This document shows, in pieces, positions 27,006 to 40,860 of a DNA stretch of 64,000 bases (its first letter is position 1; each line of letters starts with the position of its first letter). The notes below the pieces were generated by a model that saw only the letters and a program-made list of their open reading frames with translations, had not been told where the DNA came from and ran no database searches. This DNA is from Ramazzottius varieornatus (taxonomy: Eukaryota > Animalia > Tardigrada): the NCBI GenBank assembly GCA_001949185.1, contig BDGG01000002.1, positions 3,159,826 to 3,223,825 of the forward strand. Direction: 5' to 3'. The translations under genes were made by a program, and so were the position numbers.

Positions 27006-30000
27006 ATGGAAGACATGAAGAAGGTCGAGGAGGCGGAAAGACGAGCGATGGTCCAGCAGTTCGGTGTCATCGTCCGAGGAGGCCAAAGCGCAGCAGCGCA
27101 AGAAGGCAAGGAGAACGCTTCGGGAAGAGCCGGGGACAGCAAGGCTGTTCATCCCAGAACTGTTACCAATAGTGGATCCTTGGAGCAAGATGGACTGCAG
27201 GACAAGTATGCACGAACCCTGAGGAAAGCGCTGCGGAAGATGGGTGTTCCACTGATAGTCTCCGATGAAACGTTCAGCCTCGTGGAGGAAGACATCGCAG
27301 TGGCACATCCAGCAGAAAATCGAGCTTTCCTCCTCAGCTTGCCAGATAAATTTACGAAAGATGTATCCGAGGTTTGTGTGCTCTCGATAGAACATAGTTT
27401 TACAGCGATGCTGATTTTTCACTTTTTTTCTTTGCAGAATTTGATCAAGCAAGCGCTGGCTGAACTGAACAAGACCGCGAAATCTGTTCTGCTTTCCTCC
27501 GATGGTTCTTTGAAAAATTCATCTTCGGATTTTTTCGAATTGGTGCAGTTTCTGCGCGAGTTACTGCAGCGTAATTTCACTTTGGAGTATCGGGACGTGG
27601 CCTCTGTTGAGGAGCGTCAGAGGCGTAAAGAAGAAGCTAACGAAGCGCCGACATTTTCCGCTCAAAACCTTCTCAACGAGAACAACGACACCCCAGTCCC
27701 CTACGGAGTCGACGTGAGTACGCTCTATCGATGTACAACTGATTGGTTTGAAACCTGGTGGAAGCCAAGGAATACTCTGACCTTACTGACGTTTCGTTTA
27801 GCACTTTAGTCGAAATGTTCGAGATTATTGCTTTCTGTCAGTGTTTCTGCCTGGTATTTCATTTTGTGTTTTTCAGCCTTTCCATCCACTCACATCGCGG
27901 CAGATCTGGATGGAAATTTCTCTTGCGAAAGTAGATTATCCTTCTACGCTTACGTCAAACGAAATTCATGACGCAGCATGGAAGAGGTAGACTTCGTAAT
28001 CGATTAAGTATTTCATTTCGCCCATCGGATTAACGTACCACGGTACCAGTACCGTTGTACGATTAACCAGAGTTTTGTTACCACTGTCAAGACTGAAATC
28101 TCACTGTATATGGACAGTAGTAACAAAATGTATGCTCAGGACATTAGAAGATTTTCTGGTCAAAATTGGACCTGTCTTTTTTTACGGGAGGATGGATTTC
28201 ATTTCTTCCGACTTGTTCCAACAGGTGGTCTTCGCTTCAGACCGCTGTCGAAATCAACCCGAAGTTCGGCCTCTGCCTCCGTCTGGACAACACCCTTTCT
28301 TCTAACACCAAAATCACACAGCGATGGTTCGCGGAGCGTCTTCGCGCCCTCGTCATTCCTTCGCACATCTGGAAGTCCAACAAGACCGGTTATCCCGTTC
28401 TGCCACCACTGACCAAAGATTTTCTCATCCGATCATTCCATCACCCGCACATCACCTACCTTCTCGAAACGCCTTCAACCTCGCTTTCCGCCGTCGATGA
28501 GGAGCGTTTACACAGTTGCTTTTTGTACCTCCTCCATCTCTTCAAAGAATACTACAGAACCGTCCGTGACGCACCACGCCAACGCCTGATGCGCCACTTG
28601 GCCGACGTTCCTATCCGTCCTCTCCAACCACTCCGCGACCACCTCACTCAAGAAATCTACGAAGTCTTTGAAGCTGATCCCATCAAGTACCGACTGTACA
28701 ACAGCGCCATGTTTCAAGCGCTGAAAGACTGGAGAAAGAAGGCCGAGAACCGAAGTGGTAGTGGTAGTGGTAACCGCCACCTGGACGTTACTGGGCAGGA
28801 TGCGGTAAACAGCAGGGCTGACGACCCGGTGGTAGTGGCGATGGTGGTCGGTGCTGGTCGCGGACCGTTGGTCAGCGAATTTATCAGTGCAGCCGTTGCT
28901 CTGGATGTGAAGTTTAAGGTACCTTGTTCGCATGGCTGTTGATTGATTTGTCTAGTTCAGCATTTTTGCTGTAGTTTGCTGTCGGTTAGTTTTTGAGTCC
29001 TTGTTTTTGATACTGAGCTAGTAGTCCCATTCGTTTTCGAAGATGGAAGCAATGTACGCGGGACACGCGAATGTTTCGCATTAAAGGTTTTCCTTGTAGG
29101 TCTACGCGTTGGACAAGAATCCGATCGCCATCGGAGCGATGCTGGCCAAGCTGGAAGACGAGTGGATTCCTCACGCCGACTCTATCCACATCGTCCAGTC
29201 GGACATGCGAGACTTTGAGCCTGGTGACAAAGCTGACATGATCATCAGTGAGCTTTTAGGTTCCTTTGGATGCAACGAGCTCTCCCCGGAATGCCTGGAC
29301 GGTGCACAGCGCCTCCTGAAACCAGGAGGTATTTCGATCCCCCACGCGTACTCCAACTTCCTCCAACCCGTCATGGCGCGTTCGCTGCATGACGATATGG
29401 TTACGTACGCTCCGAAGCATAAAGAGATGTTGAATGAGTTCATCCTCGTGGAAATGCGGAGCTCTGTGGAGATCGCGCCATATCAGGAAGCTTTCAAATT
29501 CGTCCATCCTAATTATGGTAAGTGAAGATTAGCTTTGGTTCTGATTTGACTACTTCTGGTCACCACTTTACTTTCATCATTCGTACAGTGTGGTTTTCTA
29601 GCAAGGAAGTCAACGCTACAACAGTGTGAGAGTTATCGGCTAGCAGACTGGGGCGTCGGCAAATGAATTCACCCAGCCTGTTTTTCTAACTGGCGCACGC
29701 TTTCAAACAATAACGATGAAACGCTGCGCCACCTAAGACGACGATCTGGATAGAAGCGTTTGCCGACGTCCCAATTGGTCTTTCTCTCAAGACCCTGCAA
29801 ACAATAACTCCGGACATAACAGTACGAGGCGCTAGTATGCAGGTGGGCGTGCGAGACTGGATTATTCTGCCTGGTGATCCAGACTAAAGGCTGCACTTGT
29901 CTACCGTTCGTCCACGAACTTCCCGGGAGGAAACAGGACACTGTGTAATGCTTTTGTCTTTTTATAGAGGCGCACTCGAACGAGCGTGACGTGACGCTGC

Positions 30001-30302
30001 GGTTCACAGCGGATATCGATTACGTGATGACGGGCTTCGCTGGTTACTTCGATTTGCATTTGTATAAAGACGTGTCGATGAACATCCTGCCCGATAAACA
30101 GACGGTGGGTTTGAGCAGCTGGTTCCCAGCTTGCTTTGCTCTGGAACGACCAGTGGCGGTGGCTAAAGACCAGGAGATTGTCCTGCACATGGGCAGACGC
30201 TGTGATGTCGCGGGAAAGCGCGTGTGGTACGTCTGGAATCTCCTGGAACCGGAAGTGCTACCTATCCAGAATGCCCTACCTGACAACTGGATCAGTATGT
30301 GA
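27006..30302 (+). CDS. PRMT5: Protein arginine N-methyltransferase 5-like (divergent), multi-exon
   Basis: Motifs RWFAE...NKTGYPVL, PLQPLRDHL..EIYEVFEADPIKY, VVGAGRGPLV, DKNP, SDMR, DMIISELLGSFGCNELSPECLDG, PGGISIP, GFAGYF and SSWFP. Confidence 0.9.
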
Positions 30303-31922
30303 TGTGATGCCGGTATGTCAGAATGTGACGTATAATAACGTCACTGTGGACAATTTTAATACCGTCTCAGGTAGCGTTCCGGTTCCTAGTACTGTATCAC
30401 GGTGTCATGATATGTCGTGTCATACCTCATTACTTGCTTTCCTGTTCTGTTATGTTATGTCATTTTTATTGGTGTACTGTAATTCTATATCTTCCGCCCT
30501 TCTGGGAAACTTGTTGGAACTTATCTTAGTACCTAGTATGTCTTTCGGTAATCGAGTTAGGAATCGAATCTGACATTTTAGTGTTGCATAAGCCGTGTTT
30601 TAGAAGTCAAGGTAACAAAAACGACTCGGTCTATTGCGAAATAAAATCGGAAGTCTGACAGGCTCAGTTGTTCTTTATCAGAACGGTCTCCTGGAAGAAC
30701 CTTAGAGTTTATTTGACAAGCGGTGTATAATCCTTTTTTGCCAATCGGGAAGGTAAGCATTGTTGTGTCATCTAGACCCTGATGCGGAGGCGTGTCCTGG
30801 AAGCAATTATCCTTTGAAAATTAGAGAGCCTTCACTTCCCGGATTCCGTTCGTGACGTAATCGATACTTCGCATAATGAACTGACCTTGGATTGGAAAAG
30901 GGGCTTGTCGGCATGCTACGTTAAGTGTTCATATGGACTGTGTTGGTCTACGTCAGCATGGAGCATACTGTAGTGAACCTCGTACGAGTAGGCCTCTCTC
31001 CTTTTGTGAATATACTTTTTCTGTTGACGCAGCTGTCGTGCTTGGTTGAAAGCGACAGCTGAACTAATCGACAACGCCGAACATTCGTACCGATGGATGA
31101 TGGATGCCGTATTCATCATTTCAACGAACTGTGAGGCCATTTTATGTTAACCAGACCGCGCATCACGCGGGGATTACCACTGGCTGATTTTTGATTGAGC
31201 GGGTACGTGAATTTCCTACAGCGTGAAGCCTGTGCTTGATTGTTGATTGCTTCGACTTCGGTCTTTCAGCCTCCACGCCGTTTCCTGGTTGCTCCGTCCA
31301 CAGCAAGTTTCTATCCTGAATCGAGAGGATACTGTACGATCGGGGAAGGACAAAGCCGTCTCGTGTTTACAGGTAAGCAAAGGTACCTTGATATTGACAG
31401 CGAGCACACAAGTCGTCGTCGCTATCAGTGCGCGGGTAAATAACACCGTTACGATGATACGCTCGGCTTCAAGAGCGTAAACCTGTGAACCAGTGAACTG
31501 GTCGGATTAAGCTGGCTCGTACATGTGTAATGCACTTTGTACTCTTTAAACAAATGACGACAAAACTATCGTAAAATGAGTCCGATATTTACTTGCAGAG
31601 AAATATCGTCCGCTTGGCACCTTCATATCCGATCCTCGTCGCGCATTATCTAAAGTTATGTGCGCCGCTCGACGTATCTCCTCCGCCTCGACACTCTGAC
31701 TCTGTAAACTTCAGCCAGCCTTCTGCCAATCGAACTCAGCTGCTGCTGGAATACCGTCCGTATCCTCCTTCGTCCACTTTCCTTGTCTGTTGCTGGTCCA
31801 GGGAAATCAACTAGGAAAACTACGTAATCAAGTTCGTCTTATTGTTTTTCCAACAATCAAATGGAACGAGGTTTGCTGTGAACTGATTGAACGCTGACCA
31901 TTGATTGAGCACGCGTAGCGAG

Positions 31923-34900
31923 ATGGACGAACTGAAAGGAACAATGGGAACAGGACGAAAAGTGAACGGCCATGTCCGTCACGGTTCCATCGAGCGCTTC
32001 ACGACCACTGTAACGCAGACCATCACGGCGGACTATTGCTGTATCGCCGCAGCGACCATCGTGACGTCTCCCTCCAGTGGCCGAGATGACTCTGTGATCA
32101 CCAATGGGTTCCTTTCAAAGCCCGAGAAGCTCCTGTCCAACGGCCTATCCAATGGATCACTACACAAGCACGAAGTGGTACTTCCGGACATTATTGCTTC
32201 CTCCGGAGACGCGTCTCTGGTTGCATCAGAGTCAAGATTACAGGAAGAGGATGAGATGAGCCACGAAGGAAGTATGACACCCACTGAGCCGGTCGACCTG
32301 GCTCCCGCCGAGGACATCGCCGACGAGGAGTTTGAAGACTGTGCTCTTTACGTGGATATTATCACCATTATAGGCTACATTTACCTTCACATGTAAGTGG
32401 AAAAATCAAATAGAACTCACCGAACAGATATGATATTGATCGTCTGATTTTTCAAATTTTCTTCTGAGGTTTGCTTCTGATGTTTGAGCGGCTGACCGTC
32501 AAATGCTAGACTACTTCTGGCTTTTTTCTACGGCGTAGAAACACTGCTGCGGAAGTTTACTTTTTTGCTTTCAGATTTGGGTACCTACGGGATTTCCTGA
32601 GGAAGTTGAAGATCGAACGGAGCTTAACACCTCAGGAAAAAAACAACAAAGGTTTCGTCCCTCTGTACAACGACTGGGAGAACTTCTACAAGCGGAACGT
32701 TTACGTACGGGCACGTGACGTAGTGGACAAGCCCATCTGCTCAGTTCCCGGTCCAGTCATTTCAGTCATGGAACGTTCCACTCCCAACTACGGCTGGACC
32801 TTCAAGTTCACCGGGCACAAAGTCCAATGCATCAATATGGCGTCCTACAACTACCTCGGCTTTGCTCAACCTTCGGGTGTGAGTTCCAGTGAACGCTTTA
32901 ATTCATCATGGTCTCCAGTGGCGCGCATTCTTGTTTTTATTGACAGCAAATGTGCGCCACTTGAGAGAATCATGCTCAAGTAATTTGCCGACGTCCCCTA
33001 TTATAGTTTTATCTCGCCATAGGTTTGTGCTGATGCATCGATTAACACGTTAGAGCGTCTAGGTGTGTCTAACGTCTCCGCCAGGAACGACGTCGGGTCG
33101 CAACCCATCCATGTAGAGCTGGAAGACCTCGTGGCGCGCTTCGTGGGAACGGAAGCGGCGTTGACATTCGGCATGGGGTTCGCCACCAACAGCGCCAATA
33201 TTCCGGCGTTGGTCGACAAGCGGTGTGCCATCCTCAGCGACGCTTTCAATCACGCGTCCATCGTCACAGGAGCCAGGTTGTCGGGAGCCACCGTCAAGGT
33301 CTTCAAGCACAATGACATGAAGGACCTGGAGGCGAAGCTGAAGGAGATGATCTTGACGGGGCATCCGCGAACCCGAAGACCATTCAAGAAAGTAGGTGAT
33401 GTCACAGCCGACCAAACCTGAACAATTTCTCAAACACTACTATAGTGCCGAGTCACAAACGTCCTCCAAGGGTCGTAAAGTTATACCATGTCTGTGATAG
33501 CGGAAATAACCAGGGTGTATGAAGTGAAGCCATGCCATCACTGAACATGTTGCCAACACACCGTTCAACTGTTCTTGAGACAGAAACACGCTGATTGGCC
33601 TAAGCTACTGTGCATATCGGCATGGATGTACCGGAAGGAAATATATTAACTTGAGCCTTAAATAGAATGGCTTGAAAAACTGCACTAGGAAAGGCAAAAT
33701 CTGGCAGGCCGATACAAATCATTCTCGGCACATCCATACCAGCCTGCTACTGTGGCGTGTTGGCGACATACTGGCTTGATGGCGTGCCTTCACTTCAAAG
33801 ACCTTGGTTATCTTCGCCATCATAGGCGTGTGTAACTTTGCGACCCTTGGAGCACCTTTGCAACATCTCTGTGCCGAGTTACACTTCGGTGATGAAATGC
33901 GAAGAACACGGAAGCCATAAATCAAAAGGTTTTCGCAGAACATCATGAAGACTGGCGAATAAGAAGGCAACTGATTGGTCTGGAAAGTTCGAAACACGCT
34001 GTCGTTCTTGGAATTTTATCCCGGAAAATAGACATGAAAGAGTAGTAAATTTTGAATGACAAACTAGTTTATGTCATAGGGTAAAAAGTATATTTGGGAC
34101 TGGAACAACTGCCCGCCTCTTTTCAGATTTTGATCATCGTCGAGGGAATCTACAGTATGGAAGGTAGCATCTGCAAGCTTCCCGAGATCATCGCTCTAAA
34201 AAAGAAGTACAAGGCCTACCTGTACCTCGATGAAGCTCACAGCATTGGCGCTCTCGGTCCGCACGGTCGTGGGGTCGTCGACTACTTTGGCTTGGATGCC
34301 CGCGACGTGGACATCATGATGGGCACCTTCACCAAGTCATTCGGGTCTTCGGGTGGCTACATCGCCGGCTCACGGGCCCTGATCAACCACCTCCGGCATT
34401 CGTCCGGCGCCATGGTCTACTCAGCCGCCATGCCACCACCCATTGCTCAACAGATCATTACATCGATGAAGGTAATCATGGGCGAGGATGGAACGGATGA
34501 AGGCGCCAGAAGAATCAAACAACTGGCTGACAATACACGGTAAGATTCATCAGAGCCAAACTGGCAATTGAGCAGATACCGTGAGCTAGATCGTTATTTC
34601 AAGTGGTGGACGCTGTCTGTGTCGCACGCTGGAAGTATGCGCTACGTGGAAAAGCCTTCTCGCCGAGTTTAGTTGCTTTTCCAAGCGGCGCACGTTCTCG
34701 ATGTTATTGGCTGGACGGGTGCGCCACTTGGGGAAACATTCTTGTTAAAAGCAGTTACCTAGGTCCCGGTTTTCAGTTGAAAAACTCTGGACTGATTTCT
34801 TGATTGATTTCAGATACCTGAGGACCGAACTGAGGAGGCTGGGTTTCATTGTTTACGGTAGCAAAGATTCTCCGGTAGTACCCCTCTTGACGTTCAACTT

Positions 34901-35165
34901 TGGACGAGGGATAGCCTTCGCGCGGCTGCTGATGCAGCGTGGTGTTGCTATCGTGGTTGTCGGGTTTCCCGTGACGCCGGTCAGGTTGTGTAGAGCGCGA
35001 TTGTGCGTCTCGGCGTTCCATACTCGAGAAATGCTGGAGACGGTGGTGAGGGAGATAGACTATTTGGGTGATCTTTGTCGGTTGAAGTATTCACGGAAGC
35101 ACGGGCCGTATAGCAAGAAAAAGACGAAAGTTCCTAGGTTGAAAGCAGAGTGTGATAAAGAATAG
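31923..35165 (+). CDS. SPTLC2: Serine palmitoyltransferase long-chain base subunit 2 (LCB2/lace), multi-exon
   Basis: Motifs [69 protein letters not shown]-lysine motif [17 protein letters not shown] and RARLCVSA. Exons ~31923-32391, 32575-32877, 33023-33390, 34127-34539 and 34814-35165. Confidence 0.95.
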
Positions 35166-35815
35166 AAAAAGATATACTTTTGGCAGTTTGATATATCGCT
35201 TTTGTTCCTTTTACTTCTTGTTGCGTCGTTTTAATTTATACGCATTTGGCCGTTGGTGTGGAGAAAAGCACTTGAATGCATATTTCTTGAGGTGTTCTAA
35301 AGCTGTGATTGTATTTCACTTAGCCAAACAATGTGGTGCCTTAGGAAAAGTTCCTTCTGGTTTTACTAAGAAGATGTTCGTTGTTCTGTACGCGAAATCT
35401 GCTGTTAGATTGGACAAGTCTAGAAGCAATAGCAGAGTTTCCCTCGTTCTACTTTGTGCTCCGGGTGAAAGATGCTAAGTAGCACAGTTTAGCGCGTCTT
35501 GCCTGCTAACCCGAAGACGGTATGTGTATTTAAAATTCACATATCAAGTATCAAGTCTATGAATGCCATTAATCACGTCTGTCAGGGCCGTCTGATGAAT
35601 TGCATAGTGCGCTCTTCGGCGCTGTTTGAAGAAGTAGAGCTGAACGTCTTCCATGCATCCGCAAGATCAAACTGCCTCTTCCGCTGTCAACAGGCAGCTC
35701 TAGATCACTTGTTCTTTTCCGTTCCAGCAGTTACCGCCATAAAACGCCCAACGTCTTCGCGATTACTGGCTCAATTTTTAGATGATTCGGTTATCCAGTA
35801 GACGGAACAAGCGTG

Positions 35816-38422
35816 ATGAACCAGGAAATGTGGACGAATGGCGTTTTGGCAGTGGTGGGATGGGTTTTGGTAGCTGCTGTTAGAGTTGATGGGAACTCGG
35901 ATGGGCGGCGACTGTACGAGTGGCTGATGAAGGACTACAATAAGCTGGTTCGTCCAGTCGAACGGGATGCCGAGTCTTTGAATGTTTCGCTTGGGATAAA
36001 GCTTACACAGTTGATCGACGTGGTGAGTTCAGGCTAGATTTTCTGTGAGAGCAGGATACTCAGTACGAGTATCAGAAGCATAAGCCATGGAATTTCAAAA
36101 CACCGTGGGAAATAAGCAATAGAGGATCTTTAACGAAGAAGACTGAATTTCGTGTTCCATTTGAACAATTTCGAAAACGGGCGCAGTACACCGTGTTTCA
36201 GCAGCTTGGAATCTCGGAGAGTTATTTTTACTGACAGATTCTCGTGTCAATAGTCGCTGTTTGGGTCGGTTACCCTCCATTGCAAGCTGCACTCATTTTG
36301 CCGAACCGAAATAGCTCTCCAGTTTACGAACTGTTTAGATTGGAGTTTGCTCCAATAGTGTGTCAGCTTAGGCAGTTGGCAAACACGTTTATATACTCAT
36401 TAGCATTAAGTTTTACTGCCGGTTGCTTTGTCAAAACGCATCTATCTGAATAATCATATTTTACAGGATGAAGTCAATCAAGTCGTTATGACCAACATTT
36501 GGCTTAAACAGGTGCGTTCGATCAAAGAAATTTTAACCTTTTTTTTCTGCCGTTTGAATTTGTGTTGGGGGGTCGGACTGATGTTTCTCAATTTCTCATC
36601 CAGCAATGGAGTGATTACCGTATGAAATGGGATCCCGACGAGTACGGCGGCATGACGAGTATCCAGATACCCAGCGATCGCTTATGGATCCCCGACATCG
36701 TCCTTTACAACAAGTAAGAACTTGAACGTGTTAATTTTTACGCCTTGTTTTTGGAACCTGGATACAGTACATGAACCCTAATGCGAACCGATCACGCACG
36801 GTGAAATTTCTCAGTGCGGACGGGGATTACGAAATTACACTGAAAACTAGCGCAGTGGTCAAGCACACTGGCGCCATCATGTGGGAGCCGCCCGCCATTT
36901 ACCGCAGCTACTGCCTGATTCTAGTGGAATACTTTCCGTACGACCAGCAGACCTGCAAACTGAAGGTAGGACCTGTGTCAATATGTAAATGTAGCGAGGA
37001 TGTGGACTCACTGGGATTTTTTTTCGAGCAGTTTGGCACTTGGTCCTACGACAAGGACCAGATCAACCTCATGCCGGCTCGTGGTTACGTCGATGACAAC
37101 ACAACGATCAACAACGGCATTGACTTGTCCGAGTACTATCTGAGCATCGAGTGGGACATCATGTCGGTCACAGCGAAACGCACCGAAACCGTGTATCCAT
37201 GTTGCGCTGAACGCTACGTCGACATCACCTACGTATTTTCGATCCGCCGTAAAACCATGTATTTTACGGGTACGTGACTGTGCTTGCTATTCCTGCCGGT
37301 TTTCACTGATCGAACCATATTTTTTCCTGTTAGTCAACATGATCTTTCCGTGCGTCGCCATCTCCTTCCTTACGGTTCTCGTATTTTACCTGCCCAGTGA
37401 CAGTGGTGAAAAGGTACGCCAAAGCACCTCGCAGTCCACTGTCGCTAATGTATACACCCGGTGTTATTTCAGATCACACTCAGCATTTCCGTACTGATGT
37501 CTTTGACCGTGTTCTTCCTGCTACTCGCCGAAGTAAGTTATCCTTTGCCCTTTTGCTCGGAAGGTCTGGTATAATTGGGCTATCCGGCAGAACGTTCCCC
37601 CAACTTCCCTGGCAGTGCCTTTGATTGGGAAGTACCTGATCTTCACCATGGTACTGGTCACGCTGAGTACGATGATCACCGTGGCTGTGCTGGATGTCCA
37701 TGTGAGTATCATTTTCATCTCGTTGTCACTTCGCTGACTCACTGATACGTTAACTTTTTAGTTTCGGAATGGAAGTACGCACTACAAGATGTCGCCACTT
37801 CTTCGCAAAGTCTTCATTGACATCCTACCGCCTATCTTACGGATACAACGGCCCAAGGATTTTGCCCCAAAATATCAATACAAGACTCGTGTACAAAAAG
37901 AGCGCGAAAGGTTTCTCAAACGGAGCAAATATAGTTCCGCTTCCCTGCAACAAGAGAACAGCGGCTTCAGCGACGATTACTCAGGGCAGAACGGATACGT
38001 TTATGCAGAGGAACCCAAGGAAGGTTTTCAGCTACAGCACGCTTACACGCCTGAGGTGGAGGAAGCGATCGAGGGGCTGAAGTTTATCGCCGACCGGTAT
38101 CGGGATAACAAGGAACAAGAAAATGTAAGTTGTCGCTAACGTGCGCATCCTTGTAGTCCGAAGGCAAATATCGTCCGAGCGTTTTATGCTTCAGAACGTG
38201 CAAGACTGGAAGTATGTTGCGAGAGTACTGGATCGTTTATTTCTGTGGCTCTTCTCTATCGGTGGTACCATTGGGACGTTCATGATCATTTTGGATGCAC
38301 CCGCCCTCTACGACAACCGCGAACCGATTCCATTCAAATGCACGAACTCTACCGACTTTTCTCTCATGGACGATTACACTGCTGGAGTCGACGAAGAGTT
38401 CATCTGTTCTTTGCTTTTATGA
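35816..38422 (+). CDS. Nicotinic acetylcholine receptor alpha subunit, multi-exon
   Basis: Signal peptide, [21 protein letters not shown], Cys-loop [15 protein letters not shown], loop C YPCC (vicinal cysteines define an alpha subunit), [29 protein letters not shown] (cation-selective M2) and [15 protein letters not shown] (M4). Confidence 0.95.
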
Positions 38423-40860
38423 TTCCCGTTACAGTATTCTAACGCAATGTGGCCCTTGCGGTACGGTTGCTTGGGTATGCTCACCAATCAGCTTACTCTT
38501 ATAGCGCAAAACTGCAGTCTCGTTTTGTCTCCTGGCGGAGAATGATTCAGTTGGACATATTACCGACCTAGGTACCTCTCTGTAATATTTTGACTCGCGT
38601 GATACTCATTTCTGCGAAATACGAGCTGGCCAAATTTTGGAACGCCTTTCGTGAACGTGCTAGAACCATGGCTGTTGTGGTTACCGCGAAGCATCTCAAT
38701 GTCACTGGTGTTGTTCTCTTGGTAAGTTCTTTCGAGATGTGCAGCCTTTTGGGAAAAGCTTCCTGGTACGAACCAATCTGGCCGTATTGAATTTACTGGA
38801 TAATTTCAGATCCTTCGCATCTGGGAGATCATCTGGGTCTTTACTTCGTTGGTTTATACGACATAGCTCAGAGCTTTATAGTGAACTATATTTCCTTGGA
38901 TTTCTGCTTACTGATTCTTGGATTAGGCATCAGCCTGCTGTTGATGGTCCGCCAGGTGATTGGTTTACGGTTGTACCTAATGTAGCTTTCTGAGCGGCAT
39001 AATATTAATATATCTCGAAGGGTACTGCTAGCCGCCAGCGTCTTACGAAATGGTTGTTGGTTATGGCAGTCGAATCAGTCGAGCAGCTAGTTGCGGCGGC
39101 AGAATTTCTCATCGTGAGAATAGGGGTGAAATCTACACTCCATGAGTTGCCTAAAGGTGCCTCGATCTTCAACGCCTGGCTGGCTGCGGGTATTCAACAT
39201 TCGATCATCCTCTTCCTGCTGGTAGGTCATGGACTTTTTGTTGACACGATGAGTTTTAACAGAACTAGACGCAATCAGCTTGTCCTGATTGCTGGATGGG
39301 AAGTTTGATTGTGGTTGGCCTATACTGGAGGACATCGCTGATGGCACCTGTTGCGAGAACCAACACACCCGACGGAGGCACGGTTACGTCAGTGAACCAG
39401 CCGAACAGTGCATCTCCACCACAAAGTGCAGCTGCACAAATTCATTAAGACTAGCTAGTGGTTCTGACCACTGGGAAGGCCGAGCAAAGGAGGCAAAAGA
39501 TTATAGGCCTCACATTTCTACTGCGTTACGTTGCACTTCCGAGTAAAACAGTTTCTGTGACCCGGATCAAGTTACGCATTTGTTTTCAGGGATTCGGGAA
39601 GACCGTACAAATCGCTTAACCGCAGTACTTGGTAGTACACCTAAGCTCCGTTGCGCGAATGGCATACTTTTGAGTTAAAGCTCTCTAAAGTCGGCGACGA
39701 TTCCGATCCGTTTGAAGTTTTCTCTGCGACCATGTTTGTCCATCAAAGCTATCGACTGACATCAGCCGTTTTTCAGCGAAGTGTCCCGGAAGTCTAGAAA
39801 CGACTTTGGATCTTTCAAGCACCGTGATAGGGCTGGAGGCGGGACGTGTGACGCCTCATACCTCTGCCCGCACACACCCCCTCTAGCTGCGCAACTGCAA
39901 CGGGGTGATTTCCTCGAGGGGTACCCTTCAAAAAGAGAATCTGTATCTCTCTTCCCACTAGATTCTGGCTTTGATGAGCATACATGTATGTGGAAAGAGT
40001 TCCGTGGCTTGAGACGCGTTGTCACGCTTCTTGCTCGCAACGACTTAAATTACGAAGTCCGCGAACGGAGTAAGGTCCACTGTGATGAAATGAAGTTTCA
40101 CCATGAGGGGCCGCAAGCAATACAACCAGAACGCACTAGTTCTCAAAACTTGGCACTTCGTGCGGTCACAGCTATCATGCCAGAGATGCAAAATTATACC
40201 TCAAAAAACGAGGAAACTACGGCCTGTGAGGAAACTACGAGGAAACGAGGAAACTACGGCACCCTTACCGCTACTTGATACCGCTTCGCCGTCGGGAGTC
40301 CGGTACAAGGTCGGGAAACTGCCTTCTCGATAACTGTGTTACCGTCCGTCTACCGCAAAATGTGTTTGCTTTGAATTCGCCAGTTAATACGGGCAAGCAT
40401 TCCGAGTTGCATTTTCAACGTTGCTTGGATATGAGATGTTCGATTAGATCATTGAATCGCATCCTTTTTAATGTCACTAGTGTTGAAAGTCTCGCTAGTT
40501 GTACTGTGCTCGCACTATGCTTGCAGATGTACTAGAATCTGAGCTATATAGAATCGGTTCGTAGTATTGCATACAGGTTAGCTTCGTTTGCGCAACATGG
40601 TGGTCCAAATCTATACTGATTCTACTGACGATGAGGTTTACCGCCAACAGGTTTGTCACACCTCGCCCTCACAGTCGGATCGATGAGCTATCATGGGTAT
40701 CACAAGCAATCACTGCCATAAAGTCTCTATCTTGTACATCGTGAGTCGGTAGATTACTTTCGAGTGCGGTTTTGACGCGCTGTAAGTAACCCCGCCGGGA
40801 GCACCCAATTTGAAGAGAAGCACGGTAAGAATTCTGACTTTGGTATTATAGATTGTTGGC

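Noticed and set aside
26832-27452. Long antisense ORFs overlapping PRMT5, ADAR, SPT and other genes
   Set aside because: Shadow ORFs of real coding exons with no independent signal.
39781-40278. 165-aa + strand ORF
   Set aside because: Non-ATG start, no recognisable motif or splice structure, and a repeat-derived 3' end.
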